From the NCBI GenBank assembly GCA_963804085.1, contig CAWDOQ010000002.1:64001-128000 (forward strand): a stretch of 64,000 nucleotides of DNA, read 5' to 3'. The notes below the pieces were generated by a model. It did not search any database, was not told where the DNA came from, and saw only the letters and a program-made list of their open reading frames with translations. A program made the position numbers and the translations under genes. Positions within the stretch are counted from its first letter, which is position 1. Every line of letters starts with the position of its first letter. Source of the DNA: Chlamydiia bacterium. GTDB lineage: Bacteria; Chlamydiota; Chlamydiia; Chlamydiales; Rhabdochlamydiaceae. This document shows, in pieces, positions 1 to 8,565 of the stretch.

Positions 1-270
1 CTGTGGCTCCTGTGGCGGCAGCGGTACCTGTGGTGCATGGCAGTCGTGGTACCTGTGGTACCGGAGGCAGCGGTAGCAGCTCTGGTACCTGAGGTTAAAC
101 TTGAAGTTGAGGCAACAATAGCCCCCGTTGTTATCACCCCGCCCACCCCCTCGCCTCTCCTCCCCGCTTCTCCTCCTGCCGCTAAAGAGGAGGATAAGAA
201 GAAAAAAATGCGACAAGAGACTCTTTTACGCTTTGCGGCCGTCGAGCTGGAAGGCGCTTTAAAGAAATAA
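1..270 (+). CDS. dnaX: DNA polymerase III subunit gamma/tau, C-terminal part (5' end outside window)
   Basis: Pro/Ala/Val-rich linker ending in ETLLRFAAVELEG, like chlamydial DnaX C-termini; directly upstream of ybaB (conserved dnaX-ybaB order). Confidence 0.7.
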   Translation: MWLLWRQRYLWCMAVVVPVVPEAAVAALVPEVKLEVEATIAPVVITPPTPSPLLPASPPAAKEEDKKKKMRQETLLRFAAVELEGALKK

Positions 271-319
271 TTTGCATTGGTAGCTTTTTTCCTGGCGATA
301 TTGTATACTCACATCTTCA

Positions 320-391
320 AACGTGCCCGTGTGCCGTGCCCGAATCCGGATTAATTCCGGGCACGGGCACGGGCAGGGGCACGGGCACGTT
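320..391. repeat. GC-rich REP-like palindrome (GCCCGT-type arms)
   Basis: aacgtgcccg...cgggcacgtt inverted arms around the core atccggattaatt. Confidence 0.9.
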
Positions 392-416
392 AAAGAATAC
401 TAGGAGTTTTATTCTT

Positions 417-725
417 ATGGGCAGCGGATATTCGAAAATGAAAAAGCAAGCGCGCATGATGGAAGAGCAGTTCGGAAAGATGCGCGAAGAGATGAAAGCC
501 AAGCAGCTTTCAGGCTCAAGCGGCAATGGCCTTGTGACAGTTATAATCAATGGAGAGAAAGAGCTGCAAGAGATCCGCATCAAGCCGGAATGTGTCGATC
601 CTCAAGATCTCGAAGGGTTGCAAGACCTGATTAAAGCAGCCCTGCAAGACGCCTACCAAAAAGCCGGTGAAGAGTCCGACTCTCCCTTAGGTAGTGGCAT
701 GCCCCTTCCCTTCGGCAAATTTTAA
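417..725 (+). CDS. ybaB: YbaB/EbfC nucleoid-associated protein
   Basis: MGSGYSKMKKQAR...GNGLVTV...CVDPQDLEGLQDLIKAA; ATG at 417 after AGGAG; the longer ORF start lies within the palindrome. Confidence 0.9.
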   Translation: MGSGYSKMKKQARMMEEQFGKMREEMKAKQLSGSSGNGLVTVIINGEKELQEIRIKPECVDPQDLEGLQDLIKAALQDAYQKAGEESDSPLGSGMPLPFGKF

Positions 726-2423
726 AATCGTCCTACCTACATCTGCCGAGCAGTTAAGCGGAAGCACCTGCTCGGCAAGCAGAAGCGCCTCCTCAAATGA
801 GGATTGGTGGATCGTCTTTTTTACAAAAGGAATATAGCGGGGTGCGCAAGAAAATGCCTCTATGCCTAATCCAAGTAGAAGAGGGATAAAGAGAGGATTG
901 GAAGCAAGCTCGCCACAGATCATCAGCGGCTTTTTATGCAGCCTGGCAGCATCAGCTACTAGCTTGATCATGCGCGGAATGCTCGGATGTGTCGGAAAGC
1001 AGAAGTCATTCATGAGCGGATCTCTGCGATCGATACCCAATGTATATTGAACTAGATCGTTTGTGCCGATCGAAAGAAAGTCGCTCTCCTCTGCTAGCGC
1101 ATCGCAAATATAGACTGCGGCAGGCACCTCCACCATGCAGCCTAAAGGAACCCTACTTGCATATGGCACCTTTTCTCGTCTCAGCTCGTCTGCCACTTGA
1201 GTAAGGAGCAGCTTTGTCTCTCTGAGTTCTTGGATATCTGCGATAAGGGGCAAGAGAATCCGGACATTCTTTTGAAATGCGGCTCTTAGGATCGCTCTGA
1301 GCTGAATCTTAAAGAGAGGCTTTCTGTGTAGAAGAAACTGGATGCCTCTGCCAATTTCATGCGAAAGTAGCGCAGGGCTCTTGTCTCCCCCAATATCAAA
1401 AACGCGTATGACGACAGGCAGGTCGTTTGCCTGCTGGAGCAAGCTCTGGTAGGCTTGGTATTGGCCCTCCTCTGATTCGAGCAAGAGTGGATCTTCGAGT
1501 AGAAGATATTCGGAACGAAACAGCCCCACCCCATCACCCTTCATCTGGTGCAAGAGCTCCATCTCATCAACACTGCCGATATTGCCATGGATCTCTACCG
1601 AGTATCCCTCGACAGTCTCAGTCTTTTCCAGCACCTCTTTTTTTAAGAGTTGATAGGAGGCTTGCCAGATCTCTCTCTTCTCTTGATACTCCAGAAGCGT
1701 GCTTTCGGTCGGATTGAGAATCACCTCGCCTCGCGTACCATCGATGATCACCTGCTTGCCTTCCGCCTGCTGCATCAGATGCATGTCGATGCTTGCAACA
1801 CAGGGAATCCTCTTAGCTCTTGCGATGAGTGCGGCGTGCGAATGGCCCCCTCCAAAATGGATGACAAAACCACTGACCTGCGAAGGATGGACAGTCGCTG
1901 TATGTGAAGGAACAAGCTCGTGAGTGAAAACGATCGAGTCGGCAGGGATATTTTCGAAAAACTTTTGGGGATGATGGGCAAGATGATTTAAAATTCTCTT
2001 CGAGACATCGCGCACATCGATAAGACGCTGCTCGAAAAAGGAGTCCCTACTCTGCGTGAGCTTTTTTTCATAGTCGGTAATCACCGCACGAAACACCGAC
2101 TCTGTATTCTTCTGCCTGTTACGGATCTTATCTTCGATATTTGTCGTAATGAGGGGATCGGCGAGCATCTGGATGTGCGAGTCTATGATCGTAGCAGCAT
2201 CAAAGGAGCCCTCTTGCTTTAAATTAGATTGCAAAAGGCGCAAATCCTCTCTACTCGAAAAGAGAGCTCTTCTCCAACGCGCGATCTCTCTATCCACTTC
2301 GGAAAGGTCGATCTCAACCTCAGGCACAAGTTCAGCATCCTGCTGCTGGTGCGACAAGAAAAAGGCTGGGCCAATCGCGATCCCTTCACTTACGGGCGTT
2401 CCTTGTAATCTGTTCTCTTTCAC
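687..2423 (-). CDS. ptsI: PTS enzyme I (PEP-protein phosphotransferase)
   Basis: SHAALIAR phospho-His motif, GVGLFRSE, MVEVP, SIGTNDLVQY, MICGE. Confidence 0.95.
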   Translation of the reverse strand: MKENRLQGTPVSEGIAIGPAFFLSHQQQDAELVPEVEIDLSEVDREIARWRRALFSSREDLRLLQSNLKQEGSFDAATIIDSHIQMLADPLITTNIEDKIRNRQKNTESVFRAVITDYEKKLTQSRDSFFEQRLIDVRDVSKRILNHLAHHPQKFFENIPADSIVFTHELVPSHTATVHPSQVSGFVIHFGGGHSHAALIARAKRIPCVASIDMHLMQQAEGKQVIIDGTRGEVILNPTESTLLEYQEKREIWQASYQLLKKEVLEKTETVEGYSVEIHGNIGSVDEMELLHQMKGDGVGLFRSEYLLLEDPLLLESEEGQYQAYQSLLQQANDLPVVIRVFDIGGDKSPALLSHEIGRGIQFLLHRKPLFKIQLRAILRAAFQKNVRILLPLIADIQELRETKLLLTQVADELRREKVPYASRVPLGCMVEVPAAVYICDALAEESDFLSIGTNDLVQYTLGIDRRDPLMNDFCFPTHPSIPRMIKLVADAARLHKKPLMICGELASNPLFIPLLLGLGIEAFSCAPRYIPFVKKTIHQSSFEEALLLAEQVLPLNCSADVGRTILKFAEGKGHATT

Positions 2424-3391
2424 ACTCGTATCCTTGCTCTTTCTCTCATCTTTTTCATACTCTGCTTTTTTGCAAGAGTCTCTAGCAGCTTTGCATTGAA
2501 CTCTTTTGCAGAATTATACCCCATCTCTTTTAAGCGATGGTTTAGGACAATTGTCTCTAAAAGAAGCACCACATCTCGACCCGGCTTCACAGGGAGCACA
2601 TGGTAGGGAACTTTCACTCCTAAGAGGTCGCAATATTTTTGATCTAATCCGACACGATCGTAAAAGCGCTTGTCATCCCACTCTTCCAGTTTGACTACGA
2701 CGTCGAGATGCTTGCTGTCGCGTACGCAGACTGCACCATAAAGATGGGCGACATTGATGATCCCAATTCCGCGGATCTCCATCATGTGGCGTGTAAGCTC
2801 GGGGCCGCTCCCTTCAAGGTAGGAGCCCTCTCTTAGACGCACCTTGACCACATCATCGGAGATAAGACGGTGGCCTCTTTCAATGAGCCCAAGTGCTGCT
2901 TCGCTTTTACCAACAGAGGAGTCGCCTTGAATCATAACGCCCACGCCAAAAGCCTCCACAAGCGTGCCGTGAGATGTCATGCTGGGAGAGAACTCTTCGC
3001 TGAGCAAAAATGTCATTTTGCTCAAGAGGTTCATCGTTGTCATGCTCGCACGAAAGAGAGGGATATCTCTCTCCTCACAAAAAGAGATGAGCTCTTCGGG
3101 AGGACGAAAACGGCCTGCGACAATGACACTGGGAGTGTCTTTAGTTAAAACACCTTTGAGCCGTTCTCTTCTCAAGTCTGGGCTACCCAGATCTTTTAAA
3201 TAGAGAATTTCGACATTTCCAAAGATTAATATTCTGTCGCGCGCATAATTTTTGAGATATCCGGAAAGACTCAAGCCGGGGCGATGCACTTCCGCAATTT
3301 TGATAGGACGTTTTATCCCCTTTTTCCCGGCGATTAACTCGAGCCCGAGCGGCCCTTTATGTTTTTCGAAAAGATCCAACACGCGATACAT
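2420..3391 (-). CDS. hprK: HPr(Ser) kinase/phosphorylase
   Basis: EVHRPGL, Walker A GDSSVGKSE, LISDD, MEIRGIGIINV, PVKPGR. Confidence 0.95.
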   Translation of the reverse strand: MYRVLDLFEKHKGPLGLELIAGKKGIKRPIKIAEVHRPGLSLSGYLKNYARDRILIFGNVEILYLKDLGSPDLRRERLKGVLTKDTPSVIVAGRFRPPEELISFCEERDIPLFRASMTTMNLLSKMTFLLSEEFSPSMTSHGTLVEAFGVGVMIQGDSSVGKSEAALGLIERGHRLISDDVVKVRLREGSYLEGSGPELTRHMMEIRGIGIINVAHLYGAVCVRDSKHLDVVVKLEEWDDKRFYDRVGLDQKYCDLLGVKVPYHVLPVKPGRDVVLLLETIVLNHRLKEMGYNSAKEFNAKLLETLAKKQSMKKMRERARIRV

Positions 3392-3474
3392 GCCCCCGAT
3401 TTTAAGGAACAACTAAAGTTTTTTGAAAGTAAAAACCGTTGAAAATTATTCTCTTTTCCCTCACAAATAAATGT

Positions 3475-4741
3475 ATGACATACTCAAAAGTTGTAATTGT
3501 AGGTGGAGGATTCGGCGGCTTAAATGCAGCGCTTAATTTAAAAAAGGCAGAGGTTAATGTCTTATTAATAGATAGGACCAACCACCACCTCTTTCAACCC
3601 CTGCTCTATCAAGTAGCTACCGCTGCCCTCTCTCCGGGAGATATCGCAACTCCTATTCGCGAGATAATGCGCAAGCAGGAGAACGCCACTGTCATTATGG
3701 GCGACGTGGTAGCCGTTGACAAAGAAAAGAGGCAAATCCTGTTTGCAAACGGAGATAGAGTAGGCTACGACTACCTCGTTTTAGCAACCGGCGCGCGCCA
3801 CTCCTACTTCGGAAACGATGGGTGGGAACCGATAGCCCCGGGCCTTAAAACAATTTCCGATGCGCTAAAAATCCGCGAGCAGATCTTAATCTCTTTTGAA
3901 AAGGCTGAGCGCTTGGACAACTTAAGCGAAGCGGCTAAATTTTTAAACTTTGTCGTGATCGGCGGCGGCCCTACCGGCGTCGAGATGGCGGGTGCGATTG
4001 CAGAGATCGCGCATACCGCGCTATTTAAAAACTTCCGCAGAATCAACCCCAAAACAGCCAAGATCTACCTCATCGAAGCTCTTCCTCATATCCTGCCCAC
4101 CTACCCTCCTAAGCTCTCTTTAAGCGCAAAGGAGGATCTAGAAGATCTCGGCGTCGAAGTCTTGACAGGAAGAAAAGTGACGAATATCACGAGTGAAGGG
4201 GTCTATTTAGATGGCCTTTTTATCGAATCAGAAAACGTGATCTGGGCAGCAGGGAACCAAGCCTCCCCCCTCTTGAAAACTTTAAATGTCCCGCTTGATA
4301 GACAAGGACGCGTGCAGGTCGGCTCCGATCTCTCTATACCTGATCATCCCGAGATATTTGTGATTGGCGATGCTGCATGTGCCATCGGAAAAGATGGCAA
4401 GCCCCTTCCCGGTATCGCACCTACCGCAATTCAGCAAGGGAAATATGTCGCAAAACTCATTAAAAATGGCCTTCCCAAAGAGGCGCGCCCTCCCTTCCAA
4501 TACTTTGATAAGGGGAGCATGGCGACCATTGGCGTACTGCGTGCGATTGCGATGGTGGGAAAATTTCAGTTTACCGGATTTCTTGCTTGGATTGCTTGGT
4601 GCTTCATCCACGTCCTTTATCTCATCGACTTTAGAAACCGCTTGATCGTGATGGTCCAGTGGTTCTACCACTTCCTGTCCGGCGCAAGAGGTTCACGGCT
4701 CATCTACCGCTCTTTAGATACCGAACTTAAGAAGAAAATAG
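3475..4741 (+). CDS. ndh: Type II NADH dehydrogenase (read in frame with comEC in this sequence)
   Basis: VVIVGGGFGG, HLFQPLLYQVAT, VIGGGPTGVEMAG, YFDKGSMATIG; out-of-frame TAG at 4739-4741 would terminate it if one A of 4735-4738 were removed. Confidence 0.88.
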
Positions 4742-6204
4742 TGAAGCAGTTTTGGGACCAACATCCCTCGCTCTTTTTCGGTCTGCATCTCCTTGTAGGT
4801 GCTGCTGCTGTTTTTTATCCTCACCCCGCATACTTGCTAGCCTTGCCCACTTTATGGCTGCCGCTTTTTGCCACCCAGAAAGGACGCATTTTTAAAGGTG
4901 CGCTTCTTTGTATTTTCTCTCTTCTGTATACCTTGTGGCTCTACCCTCCACTTCCTGCTCAAGAACAGCTCCAAGGGACCGCTCACTTTCACATCTCCAC
5001 TGTCCGCATCCTCTCCTCCCCTTTTCAGCGCTCTTTAGTCTACCAAGGAGAAGCGCGCGCTTTTAAATGTGAAGATGGACTAACACTCAAACACATTCCT
5101 TGCCAAATCTACCTTCCCCTGAGCAAAGAAAGAGCGCCGGCAAATAGAGACTATCTCATCACAGGAACCCTTATAAAAAAGGGGCTGCGCACCTATCTCT
5201 TCAAACCCCAAAAAGAGATGCCCTGGCAAGCAATAGACTCTTCACACTCATTTGCCGAATGGCGCTACATGGCAAAAGAAAAAGTGCGCCTCTTTTTAAA
5301 AGAGCATCTTGCAAATAGCTCCGCATGTGCCTTTCTCACAGCTCTTACCGTCGGCGAAGTCGATGAGAGAGTGCTAGCCCTTGAGTTTGCTAAAATTGGC
5401 CTCCAGCACATCTTGGGCATCTCCGGCTTTCACTTCGTTCTGCTCGCAGGTTTTTTGGGATTGGGCTTGCGACTCTTCTTGCCCTTCAAATGGACTGCAG
5501 CGCTGCTGCTGCTTTTGCTGACCGGCTACTTCTTCTTTGTAGGCAATGCGCCCGCCGTCATGCGCGGCTACGTCGCAATCAGCGTCTATCTAGTCGGGCG
5601 GCTCTTAGGAATGAAAACATCCGCGCTAAACGCTCTTGGTGTCGGCCTATGCGCAGAGATCCTCTTTGATCCCTTTCTCGTCACGCAGATCGGCTTCCAG
5701 CTCAGCTTCTTGTGCACTGTGGCGATCCTTCTCCTCTATCCCCCGATGAACCAGCTAATGGCCCGCCTTCTTCCCAAACGCCCTTTAAGCCAAGTCATCA
5801 CAATGAGCACTCTCGATCAGCATGGCTACCTACTCTCCGCTTTCACTCGCGAAGCGCTCGCCCTAAACCTCGCCGTCCATCTCGCTTCGACCCCACTCGT
5901 TCTCTTCCTCTTTCACAAGTTTCCTCTGATGAGCCTCCTCTACAACCTCTTCTGTCCCCTCTGGAGCAGCCTCGCCTTTATCCTCTTCCTCCTCGCCACC
6001 CTCGTCTACTTCCTACTCCCTCCGCTCGGCACCCTCCTCTTCCAGCTAACCAACTCCTTCACCGCCCTCCTCCTCCAGCTCACCTCGCATCCTCCGGCCC
6101 CCCTCGACTTCTCCCTCCACACCTCTACCTTTCCCTTCACCCTCCTCATCCTATTCCTCTGCCTGCTCTTCTACTTAAGCACGATTAAAATAAAGAGTGA
6201 ATGA
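4741..6204 (+). CDS. comEC: ComEC/Rec2 competence family membrane protein
   Basis: GLQHILGISGFH, PAVMRG, DPFLVTQIGFQLSF motifs; multiple transmembrane segments; GTG at 4741 is the probable start. Confidence 0.85.
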   Translation: MKQFWDQHPSLFFGLHLLVGAAAVFYPHPAYLLALPTLWLPLFATQKGRIFKGALLCIFSLLYTLWLYPPLPAQEQLQGTAHFHISTVRILSSPFQRSLVYQGEARAFKCEDGLTLKHIPCQIYLPLSKERAPANRDYLITGTLIKKGLRTYLFKPQKEMPWQAIDSSHSFAEWRYMAKEKVRLFLKEHLANSSACAFLTALTVGEVDERVLALEFAKIGLQHILGISGFHFVLLAGFLGLGLRLFLPFKWTAALLLLLLTGYFFFVGNAPAVMRGYVAISVYLVGRLLGMKTSALNALGVGLCAEILFDPFLVTQIGFQLSFLCTVAILLLYPPMNQLMARLLPKRPLSQVITMSTLDQHGYLLSAFTREALALNLAVHLASTPLVLFLFHKFPLMSLLYNLFCPLWSSLAFILFLLATLVYFLLPPLGTLLFQLTNSFTALLLQLTSHPPAPLDFSLHTSTFPFTLLILFLCLLFYLSTIKIKSE

Positions 6205-6208
6205 AGCT

Positions 6209-6283
6209 CGCGCCCGCTTCCGCGCCCGCGTGCGTACCCGAATTTCCGGATCGGGCGCGCACGCGGGCGCGGAAGCGGGCGCG
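6209..6283. repeat. GC-rich REP-like palindrome (GCCCGC-type arms)
   Basis: cgcgcccgcttccgcgcccgcgtgcg...cgcacgcgggcgcggaagcgggcgcg. Confidence 0.92.
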
Positions 6284-6330
6284 TATAAGAAGAGGGGGAT
6301 GTAGTTTTCAGCTTTACCCTCTAAAAAGCG

Positions 6331-6357
6331 AAAAGCCCCAAGGTAGTCCTTGAGGCT
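6331..6357 (-). terminator. Probable intrinsic terminator of the vWA gene
   Basis: agccccaagg-tagt-ccttgaggct stem followed by a T-run on the minus strand. Confidence 0.45.
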
Positions 6358-6398
6358 AAGCGCCGGCCAGGTAGTCCCAACCCATTTATAACTTCACT

Positions 6399-7463
6399 CT
6401 AGCTTTTCTTTGCTAGAACAGGATAGACGGCGATATGAGTGCCTGTAGCCTGGTATTGAGCGACGACTTCTGATTCATCATGGCGCCCATCTTGGGTTTT
6501 GGGGTGAGGGGGAGCATCGCCAACGAGCAGAACCACACGTTTCGCTTTTGGATTCCAGGATAGCTTGTCTTTGGCAGCTAGAAGAGCATCAAGAACTGCT
6601 TCAGGTTCATCACCACCTCCAGAAACCGTAAGACTCTCTACGGCTTTTTTGACTTTTGTGAGGTCTTTGGTGAAGGCAGTATTCACTCTATTTAAGAAAT
6701 CGTCACCACTATCACGGTATTCCAGAATAGCAACCCGCGTATCTTTCTTTTTCTGCAACTCCTCCAAAAATTTAACCAAATTGTGTTGTACCTGTTCGAT
6801 GTAGTGGTTCATGCTTTTAGTGGTATCAAGCACAAAAGCTACATCTAGCGATTCACTTGTCCCAGAATCTTTCAGGATTTTCCCGAAAACATTCTCCATC
6901 ACAGGGGTAAGGTTCTCAGAAGAAGACCAAGGGGTAACGTCGCCCCCTGTCTCAGTGGCTATGCGTTCAAAGGCATCTTTCACAGTATCACCAGAAGAGA
7001 TCGCTTCTAAAGAACCGTTACGATTTTCTACCGACATCACAGCTCCAGGAGCAAACCTTATGCTCGATTGTTTAAGAGGAAGACCCTCGAACATAGTTTC
7101 ACAACGGGCCGTTAATTCACATTCACCTTCCAAGGGCAAATAAGTCACTTTCGGCGGATTGCATCTTGCCTTATAGGATCCTCCTGGGATTTTACACACG
7201 GGGGTTTCATCGCATGGCGTACTTGCATGCGCACCGGGTAGCGAAAAACTGGGCAATTTAGAGGAAACATAGGATGCTACGCGACCGGGCAGGCTGCTTG
7301 CAATCCAATCTTCGATCCATCCTCCCACTTGTGCGGTCGCATCATAGCACGCCGCTTCGTACTGCATCGGCTGAAAGCCACTTACTGGACCCGTGCCTTT
7401 TGTAGAAGGGAAACCTGAATTCGCGACTAAGGAAACAGAAGAATTGGGGCTTAATTGGATCAT
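6399..7463 (-). CDS. vWA-domain protein with N-terminal Cys-rich (CVNH-like) domain
   Basis: MIDAS-like DVAFVLDTTKSM, GGGDEPEAVLDAL, LLVGDAPPH; upstream PGGSYKARC...LTARC...VENRNGSL. Confidence 0.75.
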   Translation of the reverse strand: MIQLSPNSSVSLVANSGFPSTKGTGPVSGFQPMQYEAACYDATAQVGGWIEDWIASSLPGRVASYVSSKLPSFSLPGAHASTPCDETPVCKIPGGSYKARCNPPKVTYLPLEGECELTARCETMFEGLPLKQSSIRFAPGAVMSVENRNGSLEAISSGDTVKDAFERIATETGGDVTPWSSSENLTPVMENVFGKILKDSGTSESLDVAFVLDTTKSMNHYIEQVQHNLVKFLEELQKKKDTRVAILEYRDSGDDFLNRVNTAFTKDLTKVKKAVESLTVSGGGDEPEAVLDALLAAKDKLSWNPKAKRVVLLVGDAPPHPKTQDGRHDESEVVAQYQATGTHIAVYPVLAKKS

Positions 7464-7548
7464 AGGGTTACTCCGATCGTGGTTGTGAATAGATCCTCCA
7501 ACAATAAATCGGACCGCGCATTACTTTCGATTAAAATAAAGAGTGAAT

Positions 7549-7582
7549 ATCGGGCACGCACGCGGGCGCGGAAGCGGGCACG
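7549..7582. repeat. Half copy (right arm) of the REP-like palindrome
   Basis: atcgggcacgcacgcgggcgcggaagcgggcacg matches the right arm at 6250-6283. Confidence 0.88.
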
Positions 7583-7652
7583 ACAAGAGAAGAGGTGGGG
7601 TATAGTTCATATTGACCAAAAGGGGGGGTGTCGAGTACAAATGATGCGTTCT

Positions 7653-7727
7653 GGCGATCGTAGCTCAGTTGGTTAGAGCGTTGGATTGTGGATCCAAATG
7701 TCGCGGGTTCGAATCCCGTCGATCGCC
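7653..7727 (+). tRNA. tRNA-His(GTG)
   Basis: Cloverleaf with G-1, anticodon arm ttgga-ttGTGga-tccaa, T-loop ggttcgaatcc. Confidence 0.95.
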
Positions 7728-7769
7728 CATTGTCTTGCCCAATCTCATGAGATATGTTAAGAGAAAAGT

Positions 7770-8559
7770 ATGTCTGCATTAGAGGCGCTTATCATAGGAA
7801 TCTTGCAGGGGCTGACTGAGTTTCTGCCCGTCAGCTCTTCTGCTCACCTGCAGCTGATGAAGCTCTTTCTAGGTATCCCCACGGGTGAAAATCTGGTCAT
7901 TTTCGATCTCGTTTGCCATTTAGGTACGCTGATCGCTATTCTACTCTTTTTGAGAAGAGAGATCTTGGAGATCCTGGTCGATCGAAAAAAAATAGGGCTT
8001 ATCGTGACTGCAACGCTTCCGCTCATCCCTTTCTATTTTTTCTTAAAGCCCCTGCGCGACTGGGCATCTGATACCCATCTTCTGGGTTTTTGTCTCATTC
8101 TGACTGCAGGTATTCTCTTTGCCGGATCACGCCTCCGGCTACGCGCTCATTCCAACAGAAGCACCTACTTTTAAGCAGCAGATGAAGGACGCTCTCTGGA
8201 TAGGCACGCTCCAATCGACTGCTCTCATTCCCGGCATTTCACGCAGTGCGTCGACCATCTCAGGGGCGCAAATTTTGGGCTGGGAGGCAAAAGACGCTGT
8301 CCGCTTCTCTTTTCTGCTATCGATCCCCACAGTTATCGGCGGTAATTGCATCGAGCTCTTTAAACTCCACTTAGCCAACTCTTCTCATGCTCTTGCTCTT
8401 CCCTTTTCCACCTACCTTTTCGGCTTTTTATCCTCGTGCACGGTGGGTCTTGTCGTCATCCGTTACGCGATGCGTTTTTTAGAAAAGGGCAACTTAAAAC
8501 CGTTTGCCTGGTACTGCCTGATCCTGGGCATTGCCAGCAGCATTTACCTCAACTTCTGA
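7770..8559 (+). CDS. uppP: Undecaprenyl-diphosphate phosphatase (one +1 frameshift near 8150-8172)
   Basis: QGLTEFLPVSSSAHL in ORF 7770-8174 and PGISRSASTI, RFSFLLSIP in ORF 8119-8559. Confidence 0.88.
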
Positions 8560-8565
8560 GCAAAT

